A stretch of 37,945 nt of DNA from a virus (taxonomy: Duplodnaviria > Caudoviricetes): positions 1 through 37,945 of IMG/VR virus record IMGVR_UViG_3300009181_000169; one strand, given 5' to 3'. The translations under genes and the position numbers were made by a program. Under the pieces are notes generated by a model. The model was not told the DNA's origin, ran no database searches, and saw nothing but the letters and a program-made list of their open reading frames with translations. Below are positions 9,255 to 19,235 of this stretch, piece after piece. Each line of letters starts with the position of its first letter. The stretch's first letter is position 1.

Positions 9255-9899
9255 ATGAAGCTTATAGCAGAAGAAGTACTAAACGTACAGTATCTCGTTG
9301 AAGAAAAGAACGGCAAGAAAGAACACTTCATCAGTGGTATCTTTATGCAGGCCGAAAAGAAGAACCGCAATGGGCGTGTGTACCCTTTCGATATCCTAAA
9401 TAAAGAAGTAAGTCGTTACAACAACGAGTATGTCAATAAGAACAGAGCTTTTGGTGAACTAGGGCATCCAGATTCACCAACTATCAACTTGGATCGTGTG
9501 TCTCACATGATTACGAGCCTACACCCAGATGGTAATAACATCATGGGCAAAGCAAAGATACTAGATACTCCAAATGGTAAGATTGTGAAGAGCCTACTAG
9601 ATGGCGGAGCCAGTTTAGGTGTGTCAACAAGAGGCGTAGGGTCTCTAAAGCCACACAATGGTTATCAACTTGTTCAAGACGATTTCCACCTTGCTACAGC
9701 GGCAGACATTGTAGCAGACCCATCAGCACCTGAAGCTTTCGTAAGAGGCATCATGGAGGGTAAAGAATGGATTCTTGATGGCACAGGTTGGAAAGAAGTC
9801 GATTACTACAGAGCTAAGAAACTGATTACCGAAGCTAGTAGGGCCGAGATTGAAGAGGTTAGTTTGAAGGTATTTTCAAATTTCCTCTCAAAACTTTAA
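9255..9899 (+). CDS. gp21: Prohead protease
   Basis: GIFMQAEKKNRNGRVYP, GELGHP, RVSH, GVSTRGVGS, DIVADPSAPEAFV. Confidence 0.98.
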   Translation: MKLIAEEVLNVQYLVEEKNGKKEHFISGIFMQAEKKNRNGRVYPFDILNKEVSRYNNEYVNKNRAFGELGHPDSPTINLDRVSHMITSLHPDGNNIMGKAKILDTPNGKIVKSLLDGGASLGVSTRGVGSLKPHNGYQLVQDDFHLATAADIVADPSAPEAFVRGIMEGKEWILDGTGWKEVDYYRAKKLITEASRAEIEEVSLKVFSNFLSKL

Positions 9900-9903
9900 G
9901 TAT

Positions 9904-9911
9904 TATAAATA
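9904..9911 (+). promoter_or_regulatory. T4-type late promoter TATAAATA
   Basis: Exact consensus in the gp21-gp22 gap. Confidence 0.85.
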
Positions 9912-9935
9912 GAAGATATAAAGGAGTATTCTAAT

Positions 9936-11207
9936 ATGGGTAAGTCACTTACTGAAACAGCAAAAGCGATTCTGATGAAAGAAGGTGTTGTACCTTCTGT
10001 CAGTTCATCTGGTAATAATCCAGATCGTGATACAAACGCATCAAATCCAAATATGGCCACTTTGCGCCCAGGTTCAATGGGTCCAGAAGGTCGTTTCTCT
10101 ACACCAGGTTCTACACCGCCAGTTGGTGGTGCAAGCGTAACCGTTGAGCAACCAATGGCACCAGGCGCTGGTGAAAATGTTGGCGCAAAGGTTTCTGCTG
10201 GTCAGAAGAAAGATACAACAATCAAGGGCGCCGGTAATGCTGGTGAGAAGTCTAAGAAAAAGGCCGAAGTTATGGAAGAAGATGCTGAGACTGAAGGTGA
10301 AGTAGTTGCTGAAGGTACACTTGACGAACAGATCGAAGCTTACATCGAACAGCTTGTTGCTGAAGGGCATGATGAAGACACAATCATGGAAGCTATCGAA
10401 CACTATTTCGGTGAAGCACTCGATGAAGAAACAGATCCAGGTTTCGTAGCCGAAGAAGAAGAGACATATCAGGTAGATATGTCTGAGCATATCGAAGCTC
10501 TCTTTGCTGGCGAAGAACTTTCAGAAGAATTCAAAGAAAAGGCTACAGCAATCTTCGAAGCTGCTGTATCACAGAAGATCCAAGAAGAAATTGCCGCTCT
10601 TGAAGAAGCATATGCTGAAACACTAGAAGAGCATATCGAACAGATTCAGGAAGAACTTTCTTCCAACGTAGACGACTACCTCAACTATGTTGTTGAGCAG
10701 TGGGTATCAGAAAACGAAGTTGCTATCGAAGCTGGTCTTCGCTCTGAACTAACAGAAGATTTCATCTCTGGCCTACGCAACCTATTTGCAGAACACTACA
10801 TTGACATTCCTGAAGACAAGGTGTCTGTAGTAGAAGAAATGGGTTCAAAGGTTTCCGAGCTTGAAGAGAAACTCAATGAAGAGATCGAGCGCAACGTACA
10901 GCTTACAAAGTATCTCAATGAGTCAAAGCATAACGAGATCGTTGCAGAGCTATGCGAAGGGTTGACTTCAACTCAAGCTGCAAAGCTAAGATCACTTTCT
11001 GAAGGGCTAGAATTCACCAGCGTGAATGAGTTTGCCCAGAAGGTAAATATTCTAAGAGAAAACTATTTTGCTGATGGTGTTAACTCTACCAATTCACCAC
11101 TAGATAAGGCAGAAGTAGTAACAGACGGCTCAGGCATGATTGCTGAAGAACTTCAGGGTCCAATGGCTGCATACGTCAGAACTCTTGGCAAGAAACTTCC
11201 TAACTAA
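9936..11207 (+). CDS. gp22: Prohead scaffolding (core) protein
   Basis: Acidic coiled-coil; LSEEFKEKATAIFEAAV, VDDYLNYVVEQW, LFAEHYIDIPEDK; between gp21 and gp23. Confidence 0.95.
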   Translation: MGKSLTETAKAILMKEGVVPSVSSSGNNPDRDTNASNPNMATLRPGSMGPEGRFSTPGSTPPVGGASVTVEQPMAPGAGENVGAKVSAGQKKDTTIKGAGNAGEKSKKKAEVMEEDAETEGEVVAEGTLDEQIEAYIEQLVAEGHDEDTIMEAIEHYFGEALDEETDPGFVAEEEETYQVDMSEHIEALFAGEELSEEFKEKATAIFEAAVSQKIQEEIAALEEAYAETLEEHIEQIQEELSSNVDDYLNYVVEQWVSENEVAIEAGLRSELTEDFISGLRNLFAEHYIDIPEDKVSVVEEMGSKVSELEEKLNEEIERNVQLTKYLNESKHNEIVAELCEGLTSTQAAKLRSLSEGLEFTSVNEFAQKVNILRENYFADGVNSTNSPLDKAEVVTDGSGMIAEELQGPMAAYVRTLGKKLPN

Positions 11208-11215
11208 TAGGATTG

Positions 11216-11223
11216 TATAAATA
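11216..11223 (+). promoter_or_regulatory. T4-type late promoter TATAAATA
   Basis: Exact consensus upstream of gp23. Confidence 0.88.
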
Positions 11224-11259
11224 CTAATACAACAGTAAGATTTTAAGGAGAAAATTCAA

Positions 11260-12600
11260 ATGTATCTTACAGAACAACTAGAAGCCAAGTGGTCACCAGT
11301 TCTTGACCACGAAGGCCTTGCAAAAATTAAAGACCCATACCGTCGTGCAGTTACTGCCATCATTCTTGAGAACCAAGAAAAGGCGATGGCTGAAGAAGGC
11401 CGTATGCTTAACGAATCTGCGCCAACCAACTCTGGTTTTGGCGCAGCAGGCGGCAACGCTGTAGCAGGATATGATCCAATCTTGATCTCTCTTGTTCGTC
11501 GTGCGCTTCCTAACCTAATCGCATACGATATCTGCGGCGTTCAGCCAATGAACGGCCCAACAGGGCTTATCTTCGCAATGCGTTCACGTTATAAGACACA
11601 GGCTGGCACAGAAGCTCTCTTCAACGAAGCTAATACTGCATTCTCTGGCACAAACGCCGGTGGTGTTGGTGGTAACGTATCTACTGGTTATGCTAACACA
11701 AACCCTGTATATGACCTTGCAACTGCTGGTTCTATCGGTGTTGGTTCTGGCATGACTACAGCTATTGCCGAAGCTCTTGGTGACGGCACCAGCGGTAACG
11801 CATTTGCTGAAATGGCCTTCTCAATCGATAAGGTTACAGTAACTGCAAAGAGCCGCGCTCTAAAGGCTGAGTACACAATGGAACTTGCTCAGGACCTTAA
11901 GGCTGTTCACGGTCTTGATGCTGAGACAGAACTTGCTAACATCCTTTCAACAGAAATCCTAGCCGAAATCAACCGTGAAGTTGTTCGTACCATCTACCGT
12001 TCAGCAACTGCTGGCGCTGCATTTGGCACAACAACTGCTGGTACTTTCGACCTTGACACCGACTCAAACGGTCGTTGGTCTGTTGAAAAGTTCAAGGGCC
12101 TTGTATTCCAGATCGAGCGTGAAGCTAACGCAATCGCCCGTGCAACCCGTCGTGGCAAGGGTAATACCCTTATCGTTTCTTCTGACGTTGCATCTGCTCT
12201 TGCAATGGCTGGCGTTCTTGATTACACCCCAGCACTTCAGGCTAACCTACAGGTAGACGATACTGGCAACACCTTTGCTGGTACTCTTCATGGCCGCATC
12301 AAGGTATACATCGATCCTTACTTCGGTGGTTCTTCAAACGGTGACGAACTCTGCACAGTTGGTTATAAGGGTACTTCTCCTTATGATGCTGGCTTGTTCT
12401 ACTGCCCATACGTTCCTCTTCAGATGGTTCGTGCTATTGGTCAAGACAGCTTCCAGCCAAAGATCGGCTTCAAGACTCGTTACGGCATGGTAGCTAACCC
12501 ATTCGCAACAACAAACGGTGACGGTGTTGTTGGTGAGCGTAATACTGCTGGTAACACCAACATTTACTACCGCATCTTCCGCGTTCGTAACCTAACCTAA
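11260..12600 (+). CDS. gp23: Major capsid protein
   Basis: KWSPVL, LVRRALPNLIAYDICGVQPM, SRALKAEYTMELAQDLKAVHGLDAE, FQPKIGFKTRYG. Confidence 0.99.
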   Translation: MYLTEQLEAKWSPVLDHEGLAKIKDPYRRAVTAIILENQEKAMAEEGRMLNESAPTNSGFGAAGGNAVAGYDPILISLVRRALPNLIAYDICGVQPMNGPTGLIFAMRSRYKTQAGTEALFNEANTAFSGTNAGGVGGNVSTGYANTNPVYDLATAGSIGVGSGMTTAIAEALGDGTSGNAFAEMAFSIDKVTVTAKSRALKAEYTMELAQDLKAVHGLDAETELANILSTEILAEINREVVRTIYRSATAGAAFGTTTAGTFDLDTDSNGRWSVEKFKGLVFQIEREANAIARATRRGKGNTLIVSSDVASALAMAGVLDYTPALQANLQVDDTGNTFAGTLHGRIKVYIDPYFGGSSNGDELCTVGYKGTSPYDAGLFYCPYVPLQMVRAIGQDSFQPKIGFKTRYGMVANPFATTNGDGVVGERNTAGNTNIYYRIFRVRNLT

Positions 12601-12627
12601 AAGAGTTAGGGTTAGCGGAAAGAAACT

Positions 12628-12653
12628 AGGCGGGGGAAACCCCGCCTTTTTTT
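12628..12653 (+). terminator. Intrinsic terminator after gp23
   Basis: AGGCGGGG-GAAA-CCCCGCCT followed by a T run. Confidence 0.9.
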
Positions 12654-12655
12654 GT

Positions 12656-12663
12656 TATAAATA
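12656..12663 (+). promoter_or_regulatory. T4-type late promoter TATAAATA
   Basis: Exact consensus just after the terminator, before gp3. Confidence 0.85.
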
Positions 12664-12678
12664 CCCTAGAGAGGGCCC

Positions 12679-13197
12679 ATGTCAAACGAATCACTTCTAA
12701 CATTGATACCTGAAAACACAAGTATGCTTCAATCTACGAAGTTCACTTTTATGTTTCCAAATCTTCCTTTTCTTAGATTCTTCTGCCAGACCGTAGAGAT
12801 ACCATCTGTATCAACTTCTGGCGTTGAAGTGGTTACACCATTTGTCAGTACATACAGACACGGCGTCCAGATGAAGTTTGAAGAGCTAACCATCAATGCT
12901 ATCATTGATGAAGAACTAAAGGTGTGGGAAGAAACATACAATTGGATTCGTGCGTTGACAAGGCCTACAGACTTTGCGGAGTATGTGAAGAGAATTACCA
13001 ATAACGGGCAAATCTATCACGATGCTATTCTGACTATCAATACCAATGCTAACATACCTAATGTTCGTATTCTATTCAAAGACTGCCATCCAATAGCTCT
13101 AGGTTCTGTTCGCTTCAACACAGCAGAAAACGCAGATACCATCCTCACCGCAGACATCACCTTTAGATACGATTATTTTGAGTTAGAACGCCTTTAA
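12679..13197 (+). CDS. gp3: Tail completion / tube terminator protein
   Basis: FFCQTVEIPSVS, FEELTINAIIDEELKVWEETYNWI, ADITFRYDYF; tail-tube-like pattern; conserved position after gp23 in distant T4-like phages. Confidence 0.85.
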   Translation: MSNESLLTLIPENTSMLQSTKFTFMFPNLPFLRFFCQTVEIPSVSTSGVEVVTPFVSTYRHGVQMKFEELTINAIIDEELKVWEETYNWIRALTRPTDFAEYVKRITNNGQIYHDAILTINTNANIPNVRILFKDCHPIALGSVRFNTAENADTILTADITFRYDYFELERL

Positions 13198-13200
13198 TGG

Positions 13201-13229
13201 TTGACAGGAACTAATTCTTCCTCTATAAT
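13201..13229 (+). promoter_or_regulatory. Sigma70-type early promoter
   Basis: TTGACA-N17-TATAAT exact consensus, upstream of uvsY. Confidence 0.85.
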
Positions 13230-13256
13230 TGATTACATTTTCATTATGGAGGAGTT

Positions 13257-13706
13257 ATGAAAGCACCTGTCAACATTGACGATCTGATGGAAGAATGGTC
13301 GGCCGACTCTAAGGTTGATGAGACTGAACCTGGTCGCGAACTAGCCAAGATATCTTCCCTTCATTCAAAATATCTCAGAGTACTCACCCATCATAGCTTA
13401 GTCTGTAAGAAATTACAGAACGAATATCTTCGTACAAAGAAGGTTAAGTGGGAGTACTACAGTGGTGATCTCAACAATCCAGAAGACCTTGAGACCTACA
13501 ATCTACCACCTCTGATGAAAAAAATACTTCGTCAGGACATACCTATATACCTTGATTCAGATAATGATTTGAATACGCTTCTGATGAAGAAGTCTTTACA
13601 TCAAGAGATCGTTGACTTCTGTGGGTCTGTATTGAAAGAGTTGAACAACAGAACCTTCCAGTTGAACAATCTCATAAAGTGGGAAATGTTTACAAGTGGC
13701 GGATAA
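13257..13706 (+). CDS. uvsY: Recombination mediator protein UvsY
   Basis: KISSLHSKYL, KWEYYSG, YLDSDNDL, LNNRTFQLNNLIKWEMF; directly before uvsW. Confidence 0.9.
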   Translation: MKAPVNIDDLMEEWSADSKVDETEPGRELAKISSLHSKYLRVLTHHSLVCKKLQNEYLRTKKVKWEYYSGDLNNPEDLETYNLPPLMKKILRQDIPIYLDSDNDLNTLLMKKSLHQEIVDFCGSVLKELNNRTFQLNNLIKWEMFTSGG

Positions 13707-15150
13707 GATTATCATATCAAACAAAGATGAAGTCTTTGTCAGAGTTTCTTGCTCAGAAGGTGCAGCGCAAGAGATACGAGAGTACTTCACATTTCAGGTA
13801 CCCGGATATCAGTTTACACCACAGTATAAGGCCAAACTTTGGGATGGCAAGATTCGTTTGTTCGATTCGAGAACAAGACAAATCTATCGTGGGCTTGTAC
13901 CTAACATAATCAAATTCTGTGAAGAACGAGACTATGATTGGGAGTATGATAATGAACTCTATGATGAAGAACTCTCACTCGCTGAGGCCGAACAGTTTAT
14001 CAAATCTCTCAACATACCATTAGAACCTAGAGACTATCAGATAGACGCATTCGTTCATGCTATCCGTTCTCGTCGTGCTTTGCTTCTTTCACCTACAGCA
14101 TCTGGTAAATCACTCATCATCTATCTAATCGTGAGGTATTTGAATGCGAGAAAAACTCTTATTATTGTGCCAACTATCTCTCTTGTTTCTCAGCTTGCTT
14201 CTGATTTTGCCGACTATGGTTTTGATTCAGATGTTCACATTCATCGTATATTTGGAGGGCAAGATAAATTCACAGATAGACCAATCACCATCTCGACTTG
14301 GCAGAGCCTATACACGTTACCTAAGGGATATTTTGAAGACTTTGACGTAATCATTGGTGACGAGGCCCATCTATTCAAAGCTAAGTCTCTTGCTGAGATT
14401 ATGACAGCACTCGTCAACGCAAAGTATCGCATCGGTACGACAGGTACTCTTGATGGTACAAAGACACATAAGCTGGTGCTAGAAGGTTTGTTTGGTCCAG
14501 TTCGAAAGGTCATAACCACAAAAGAACTTATGGATAACAAAGTTGTGGCTGACTTCCACATCAAGTGCTTACTTCTTAAGCATCCAGATTCTATATGTCA
14601 AGCTGCTAAAAACTTTTCGTATCAGCAAGAGATTGAGTATCTGGTACTGAACGAAAGACGAAACCAGTTCATCACCAATCTGGCCTTATCACTTGAAGGT
14701 AACACACTCATACTCTATCAGTACGTTGATAAGCATGGTAAAATTCTCCATGAGATGATAAATAAGAAAGCTGATGGGCGTAAGATTTTCTTCGTCTCTG
14801 GTGAAGTTGATGGTGATGCTCGTGAAGACATTAGACGAATTGTTGAAACTGAAACCGATGCAATCATTGTCGCATCGTTTGGTACTTTTTCTACTGGGAT
14901 CAACATTAGGAATCTTCACAATATTATATTTGCTTCACCGTCTAAGTCTCGTGTACGCAACCTGCAATCTATAGGTCGTGGGCTTAGAAAGTCTGAAACC
15001 AAAGACTCCGCAGTTCTATTTGATATAGCCGATGACCTGAGGTATAAGAAGCATGATAACTTCACCTTGAAACATTTTGCAGAGCGCATCAAGATATACT
15101 CTGAAGAAAAGTTCAAATTCAAAATCTACAAGATCGAGCTAAAAGGATAA
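13696..15150 (+). CDS. uvsW: SF2 RNA-DNA/DNA helicase UvsW
   Basis: WDGKIRLF, PRDYQ, SPTASGKS, GDEAH, LQSIGRGLR. Confidence 0.97.
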   Translation: MADKIIISNKDEVFVRVSCSEGAAQEIREYFTFQVPGYQFTPQYKAKLWDGKIRLFDSRTRQIYRGLVPNIIKFCEERDYDWEYDNELYDEELSLAEAEQFIKSLNIPLEPRDYQIDAFVHAIRSRRALLLSPTASGKSLIIYLIVRYLNARKTLIIVPTISLVSQLASDFADYGFDSDVHIHRIFGGQDKFTDRPITISTWQSLYTLPKGYFEDFDVIIGDEAHLFKAKSLAEIMTALVNAKYRIGTTGTLDGTKTHKLVLEGLFGPVRKVITTKELMDNKVVADFHIKCLLLKHPDSICQAAKNFSYQQEIEYLVLNERRNQFITNLALSLEGNTLILYQYVDKHGKILHEMINKKADGRKIFFVSGEVDGDAREDIRRIVETETDAIIVASFGTFSTGINIRNLHNIIFASPSKSRVRNLQSIGRGLRKSETKDSAVLFDIADDLRYKKHDNFTLKHFAERIKIYSEEKFKFKIYKIELKG

Positions 15151-15156
15151 GTCATA

Positions 15157-15576
15157 ATGGAAAATTCAGTGCAGTTCGTCCGTCTGAATACAGGTGAAGA
15201 CCTTGTCTCGGAAGTATCTGAGATCGAAAATGATGATAATAAGTTCTATGTACTTCATAATCCTATGAAGATCATCTATCAGATGAATATGAAAGGTGGT
15301 GGACTCACCATCTCTCTTATGCAATGGGTCTTTGCTCGTATCTGCGAAGACCAAAACTTCATGTTATATCCTAACGATGTTGTCACCATGAACAAACCAT
15401 CTGATGGATTAGAAGATTACTACTGGGAAACTGTAGAACATTTCACCAAGATGAAAGATAACTTGGCCAAGAAAACATCGTTTGACAACGATGTTAAAGA
15501 CGAGTCCGATTATCTCGGTGAACTACAAGAGATATTGACCACCTTCAGTTCAATCAACAAGAAGATATTACACTAA
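15157..15576 (+). CDS. Hypothetical protein, probable Sm-like fold
   Basis: VRLNTGEDLVSEV...LHNPMKI pattern typical of the small T4-like protein found between uvsW and gene 55. Confidence 0.6.
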   Translation: MENSVQFVRLNTGEDLVSEVSEIENDDNKFYVLHNPMKIIYQMNMKGGGLTISLMQWVFARICEDQNFMLYPNDVVTMNKPSDGLEDYYWETVEHFTKMKDNLAKKTSFDNDVKDESDYLGELQEILTTFSSINKKILH

Positions 15577-15620
15577 CGTATCCAACCAATCCAATGATTC
15601 ATATCATCGGGTACATAGAG

Positions 15621-15649
15621 ACTATATCACTCTGTCAACCCCATGTCAA
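15621..15649 (-). promoter_or_regulatory. Antisense sigma70-type promoter
   Basis: Minus strand reads TTGACA-N17-TATAGT with a TGn extended -10; a second TTGACA lies inside the spacer. Confidence 0.6.
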
Positions 15650-15660
15650 GAGGTAAGTGA

Positions 15661-16218
15661 ATGGAAAAACCTAAAAAAGTAAAAATACATTATGTAGACA
15701 ATAAGAAATTCTTCGAAGAGATTGTGGCCTACCGAGAAAAACTTCATATAGCTAGAGCCGCTGGGCTTGAAGACCCTCGTATTCCAAACTATATTGGTGA
15801 GTGTATCTACAAGATTGCTACCAAACTATCAACCAAACCTTGCTTCATGAACTACTCTTACCGTGAAGAGATGGTGTCAGATGGTATTGAGAACTGTATC
15901 CTTTACTTCAAAGACTATGATCCTTCTATTGGGCAAAACCCATTTGCCTATTTCACTCAGGTCATATACTATGCTTTCTTGAGGCGTATAGGTAAAGAAG
16001 AAAAGAATCGATATGCAATGTACAAACACTTCCAAGAAAACATCATCAATCAGCATGACACAAATTTGTTGAGAGATAGTGATGATAACCACTTGCTTCC
16101 TGCCCAGATGTATGATAATATAAACGACTTCATGAGCAGATTTGAAAAGAAGGAAGAAGCGAAGAAGTTGAAGCGCAAACAGGCCAAAGAAGGGCTGAAT
16201 CAATTTTATGAGGAATGA
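15661..16218 (+). CDS. gp55: Late-transcription sigma factor
   Basis: HYVDNKKF, IPNYIGECIYKIA, YSYREEMVSDGIENC, NPFAYFTQVIYYAFLRRIGKE. Confidence 0.97.
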   Translation: MEKPKKVKIHYVDNKKFFEEIVAYREKLHIARAAGLEDPRIPNYIGECIYKIATKLSTKPCFMNYSYREEMVSDGIENCILYFKDYDPSIGQNPFAYFTQVIYYAFLRRIGKEEKNRYAMYKHFQENIINQHDTNLLRDSDDNHLLPAQMYDNINDFMSRFEKKEEAKKLKRKQAKEGLNQFYEE

Positions 16219-16412
16219 CAATGAAAGACGATCTACCAGCAGGGCTACCTTTTCAGGTTACTGACCTTATCCAGAACATGTTGAACAAGCAAGACGGGCA
16301 TCATATTCGGAACAACTATCGAATGAGACTAGATGCTATCCGTGAAGCATGTAATATATCCATCAAGAAGTTCGATAGCGAAATGTCCTCGCCATTCAGA
16401 AGGTCGAAATGA
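16215..16412 (+). CDS. Hypothetical protein
   Basis: 65 aa, translationally coupled at both ends (ATGA overlaps) between genes 55 and 47; start could be 16221. Confidence 0.7.
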   Translation: MTMKDDLPAGLPFQVTDLIQNMLNKQDGHHIRNNYRMRLDAIREACNISIKKFDSEMSSPFRRSK

Positions 16413-17482
16413 AAGTAGCACTTATCACGGACACCCATTGGGGAATCAGAAATGATTCTCCAGTTTTCTACGATTACTTCAAGCGTTCTCTCGAACAGTT
16501 CTTCAAGGTAATCGATGAGCAAAGCATCACTCATGTCATTCATCTTGGTGACTTGTTTGACCGTCGTAAGTATCTAAACTTTCAAACGGCCATGCGTTGT
16601 CGTATCGACTTCCTCGAACCACTATACGAGAGAGGTATCATTACGCATATCATTGCCGGTAATCATGACGAGTACTTTAAGAATACCCATGTCGTCAATG
16701 CTCTTGATGAAATCGTTGCCAACCGATATTACATGATTAAGACATACACTACCCCCGAACTAATCAACCTAGATGGCACTCTCATTCAACTTCTACCTTG
16801 GATTACGGAGTCTAATTATGACGAATCAATGGATGCCATTAACAACTCACCGGCTGAAATCCTTATGGGCCACCTCGAACTCAATGGGTTCGAAATGTTT
16901 CGTGGGACTGTTAGCGATCACGGTATGGATGCTCGTGTTTTGGGTCGGTATGATCGTGTTTACAGTGGGCATTATCATCATCGTTCCGTTAGTGGCAATA
17001 TTACTTATCTTGGAGCTTTTGCTGAATATACTTGGTCTGACTATAGTGACCCCAGAGGGTTCTCTGTGTTCGATACGGAAACTAGAGAAGTAACCTTCTA
17101 TCAGAATCCACACAACATCTTCATGATGCTTGCCTATGATGATGTGAAGCATCCTGATATCATGGAGAAGATTGCAGAGAGAGACTATAGTGTATATGCA
17201 GGTTGCTATGTCAAGGTAGTCTGTGTCAACAAGACTAATCCTTATGCCTTTGATATGATGCTCGACAAGCTATACAAGGTAGGCCCACTAGATATCTCCG
17301 TACTAGAAGATATCTCCGCTTTCAAAGACAATGAAGAAGAAGCTGAGATTGACCAAGCACAAGACACACAATCGATATTAGATACTTACATTTCAGGCTT
17401 GACATTGCCTGTAGATAATGATACTATGAAAACCTTCATGCGTGATATCTACACGGAAGCATTGTCAGTGGAGCATATATGA
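16409..17482 (+). CDS. gp47: Recombination nuclease, Mre11/SbcD-like
   Basis: [33 protein letters not shown]. Confidence 0.97.
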   Translation: MKVALITDTHWGIRNDSPVFYDYFKRSLEQFFKVIDEQSITHVIHLGDLFDRRKYLNFQTAMRCRIDFLEPLYERGIITHIIAGNHDEYFKNTHVVNALDEIVANRYYMIKTYTTPELINLDGTLIQLLPWITESNYDESMDAINNSPAEILMGHLELNGFEMFRGTVSDHGMDARVLGRYDRVYSGHYHHRSVSGNITYLGAFAEYTWSDYSDPRGFSVFDTETREVTFYQNPHNIFMMLAYDDVKHPDIMEKIAERDYSVYAGCYVKVVCVNKTNPYAFDMMLDKLYKVGPLDISVLEDISAFKDNEEEAEIDQAQDTQSILDTYISGLTLPVDNDTMKTFMRDIYTEALSVEHI

Positions 17483-19194
17483 TTGTATTCTCAGTGATCC
17501 GTTGGAAGAACTTTCTTTCAACGGGTAATATCTTTACCGAAATCAAACTTGATGAGCCTTCAAACGCTCTTATCATCGGGGAGAATGGTGCTGGAAAGTC
17601 CACGATCCTCGATGCTTTGACATTTGCTTTGTTTGGTAAAGCATTCCGTAAGATCAATAAGCCAGGGTTAGTCAACTCTGTCAATGAGAAGAACTGTGTT
17701 GTTGAGATTGAGTTTGCAACAAACGGTAAGAAGTATAAAGTCATTCGTGGTATCAAGCCAAATGTGTTTGAGATCCATTGTGATGGTGTGCTTCTGAATC
17801 AAGACTCGGCCTCAAGAGACTATCAAGAACACCTTGAGAAGTTCATTCTGAAGATGAACTATAAGTCCTTCACTCAAATTGTTATCCTTGGTACTGCATC
17901 GTTTACTCCTTTCATGCAAATGTCACCGGCTGATCGTCGCACGGTAATTGAAGACTTGTTAGATATTCAAATCTTCTCGGTGATGAATGTGATTGCTAAA
18001 CAGCGCCTAGTTAGCAACAAAGAATTGCTGGAGAAAAATCGCATCGAACTGGCAGGCGCGGAAGATAAGAAGGTCTACATTGAAAAGACGATTGCCTCCC
18101 TCAAACAAAACAATGAAGAAAAGAAGGCGTCACTACAACAATCTTTGGTCGGCCACGAAGAGTCCCTTGACCACACGAAAACAGTCATTGATGAACTCGA
18201 ATATGAGAGGGACACTATCCTCAACCAGATCACCGAACATTCTTCCCTCAAGGAAAGACACCGTAAGCTTATTGCATATCAATCGAAAATGGAAACCAAT
18301 CTTTCCAGACACAACAAAGACAAGTCTTTCTACTGCGACAACGACAACTGCCCAACCTGTAGACAACCAATAGCTTCAGACTTCAAAGACGGTATCGTTA
18401 AAGAAACTGAAGAGAAGATTGTTGAGCTTGATGATGGGCTTACTAAGATAACAGAAGAGATTGATGCCTGTATCACCAAAATAACTGAGATTGAACATCT
18501 CTTGAAAAAGGTTGATAACATTCGCAATCTTATCACAGGGCAAAAATCTAAAGTGTCAACTATTGTTTCTATGATAAATGAGATTGAAGATCAGATTGAA
18601 CAGCTAGGGCAGGCTGATAAACTGTTGCAGGACAACCAAAACGAACTTGCGGTGTTGCAGGTGTTTCTCGATTTTCTAAACAGTGAACGGGCCAGATTAC
18701 TCATAGATAGGAAGCTGATTGATACAGCAGTTACTTTGCTGAAAGATGGTGGCATCAAGACCAAGATCATCAAGCAATACCTGCCTATCATCAACAAGCT
18801 AATCAACAAGTATCTATCTCAGATGGGTTTCTTCGTCAACTTCAATATCAATGAGTCCTTCGAAGAGACAATCAAGAGCCGCTATCGTGATGAGTTTTCT
18901 TATCATAACTTCTCTGAAGGTGAAAAGATGCGTATTGACCTGGCCTTGCTATTCACATGGCGTTCGATTGCTAAGATGCGTAACTCGGTAAACACCAATC
19001 TTCTTATCCTTGATGAAGTGTTTGATGGTTCACTTGACGGTAACGGTACAGATGAGTTCCTCAAGATCATGTGGTCTATGATTGGTGATACGAATACCTT
19101 TGTTATCTCACACAAGACTGATGCCTTGTTTGATAAGTTTCAGAAGGTATACAGGTTTGAAAAAAGAAAGAATTTCTCTTGCCTTGTGGCGTAA
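17479..19194 (+). CDS. gp46: Recombination ATPase, Rad50/SbcC-like
   Basis: [13 protein letters not shown] zinc hook, [22 protein letters not shown]. Confidence 0.97.
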   Translation: MIVFSVIRWKNFLSTGNIFTEIKLDEPSNALIIGENGAGKSTILDALTFALFGKAFRKINKPGLVNSVNEKNCVVEIEFATNGKKYKVIRGIKPNVFEIHCDGVLLNQDSASRDYQEHLEKFILKMNYKSFTQIVILGTASFTPFMQMSPADRRTVIEDLLDIQIFSVMNVIAKQRLVSNKELLEKNRIELAGAEDKKVYIEKTIASLKQNNEEKKASLQQSLVGHEESLDHTKTVIDELEYERDTILNQITEHSSLKERHRKLIAYQSKMETNLSRHNKDKSFYCDNDNCPTCRQPIASDFKDGIVKETEEKIVELDDGLTKITEEIDACITKITEIEHLLKKVDNIRNLITGQKSKVSTIVSMINEIEDQIEQLGQADKLLQDNQNELAVLQVFLDFLNSERARLLIDRKLIDTAVTLLKDGGIKTKIIKQYLPIINKLINKYLSQMGFFVNFNINESFEETIKSRYRDEFSYHNFSEGEKMRIDLALLFTWRSIAKMRNSVNTNLLILDEVFDGSLDGNGTDEFLKIMWSMIGDTNTFVISHKTDALFDKFQKVYRFEKRKNFSCLVA

Positions 19195-19207
19195 GTTCTG
19201 CTATGAT
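19179..19207 (+). promoter_or_regulatory. Possible sigma70-type promoter
   Basis: TTGCCT-N17-TATGAT with TGn; same layout as 25305-25333. Confidence 0.45.
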
Positions 19208-19235
19208 CCATGACAATCAAAACTTAGGGCAAATC

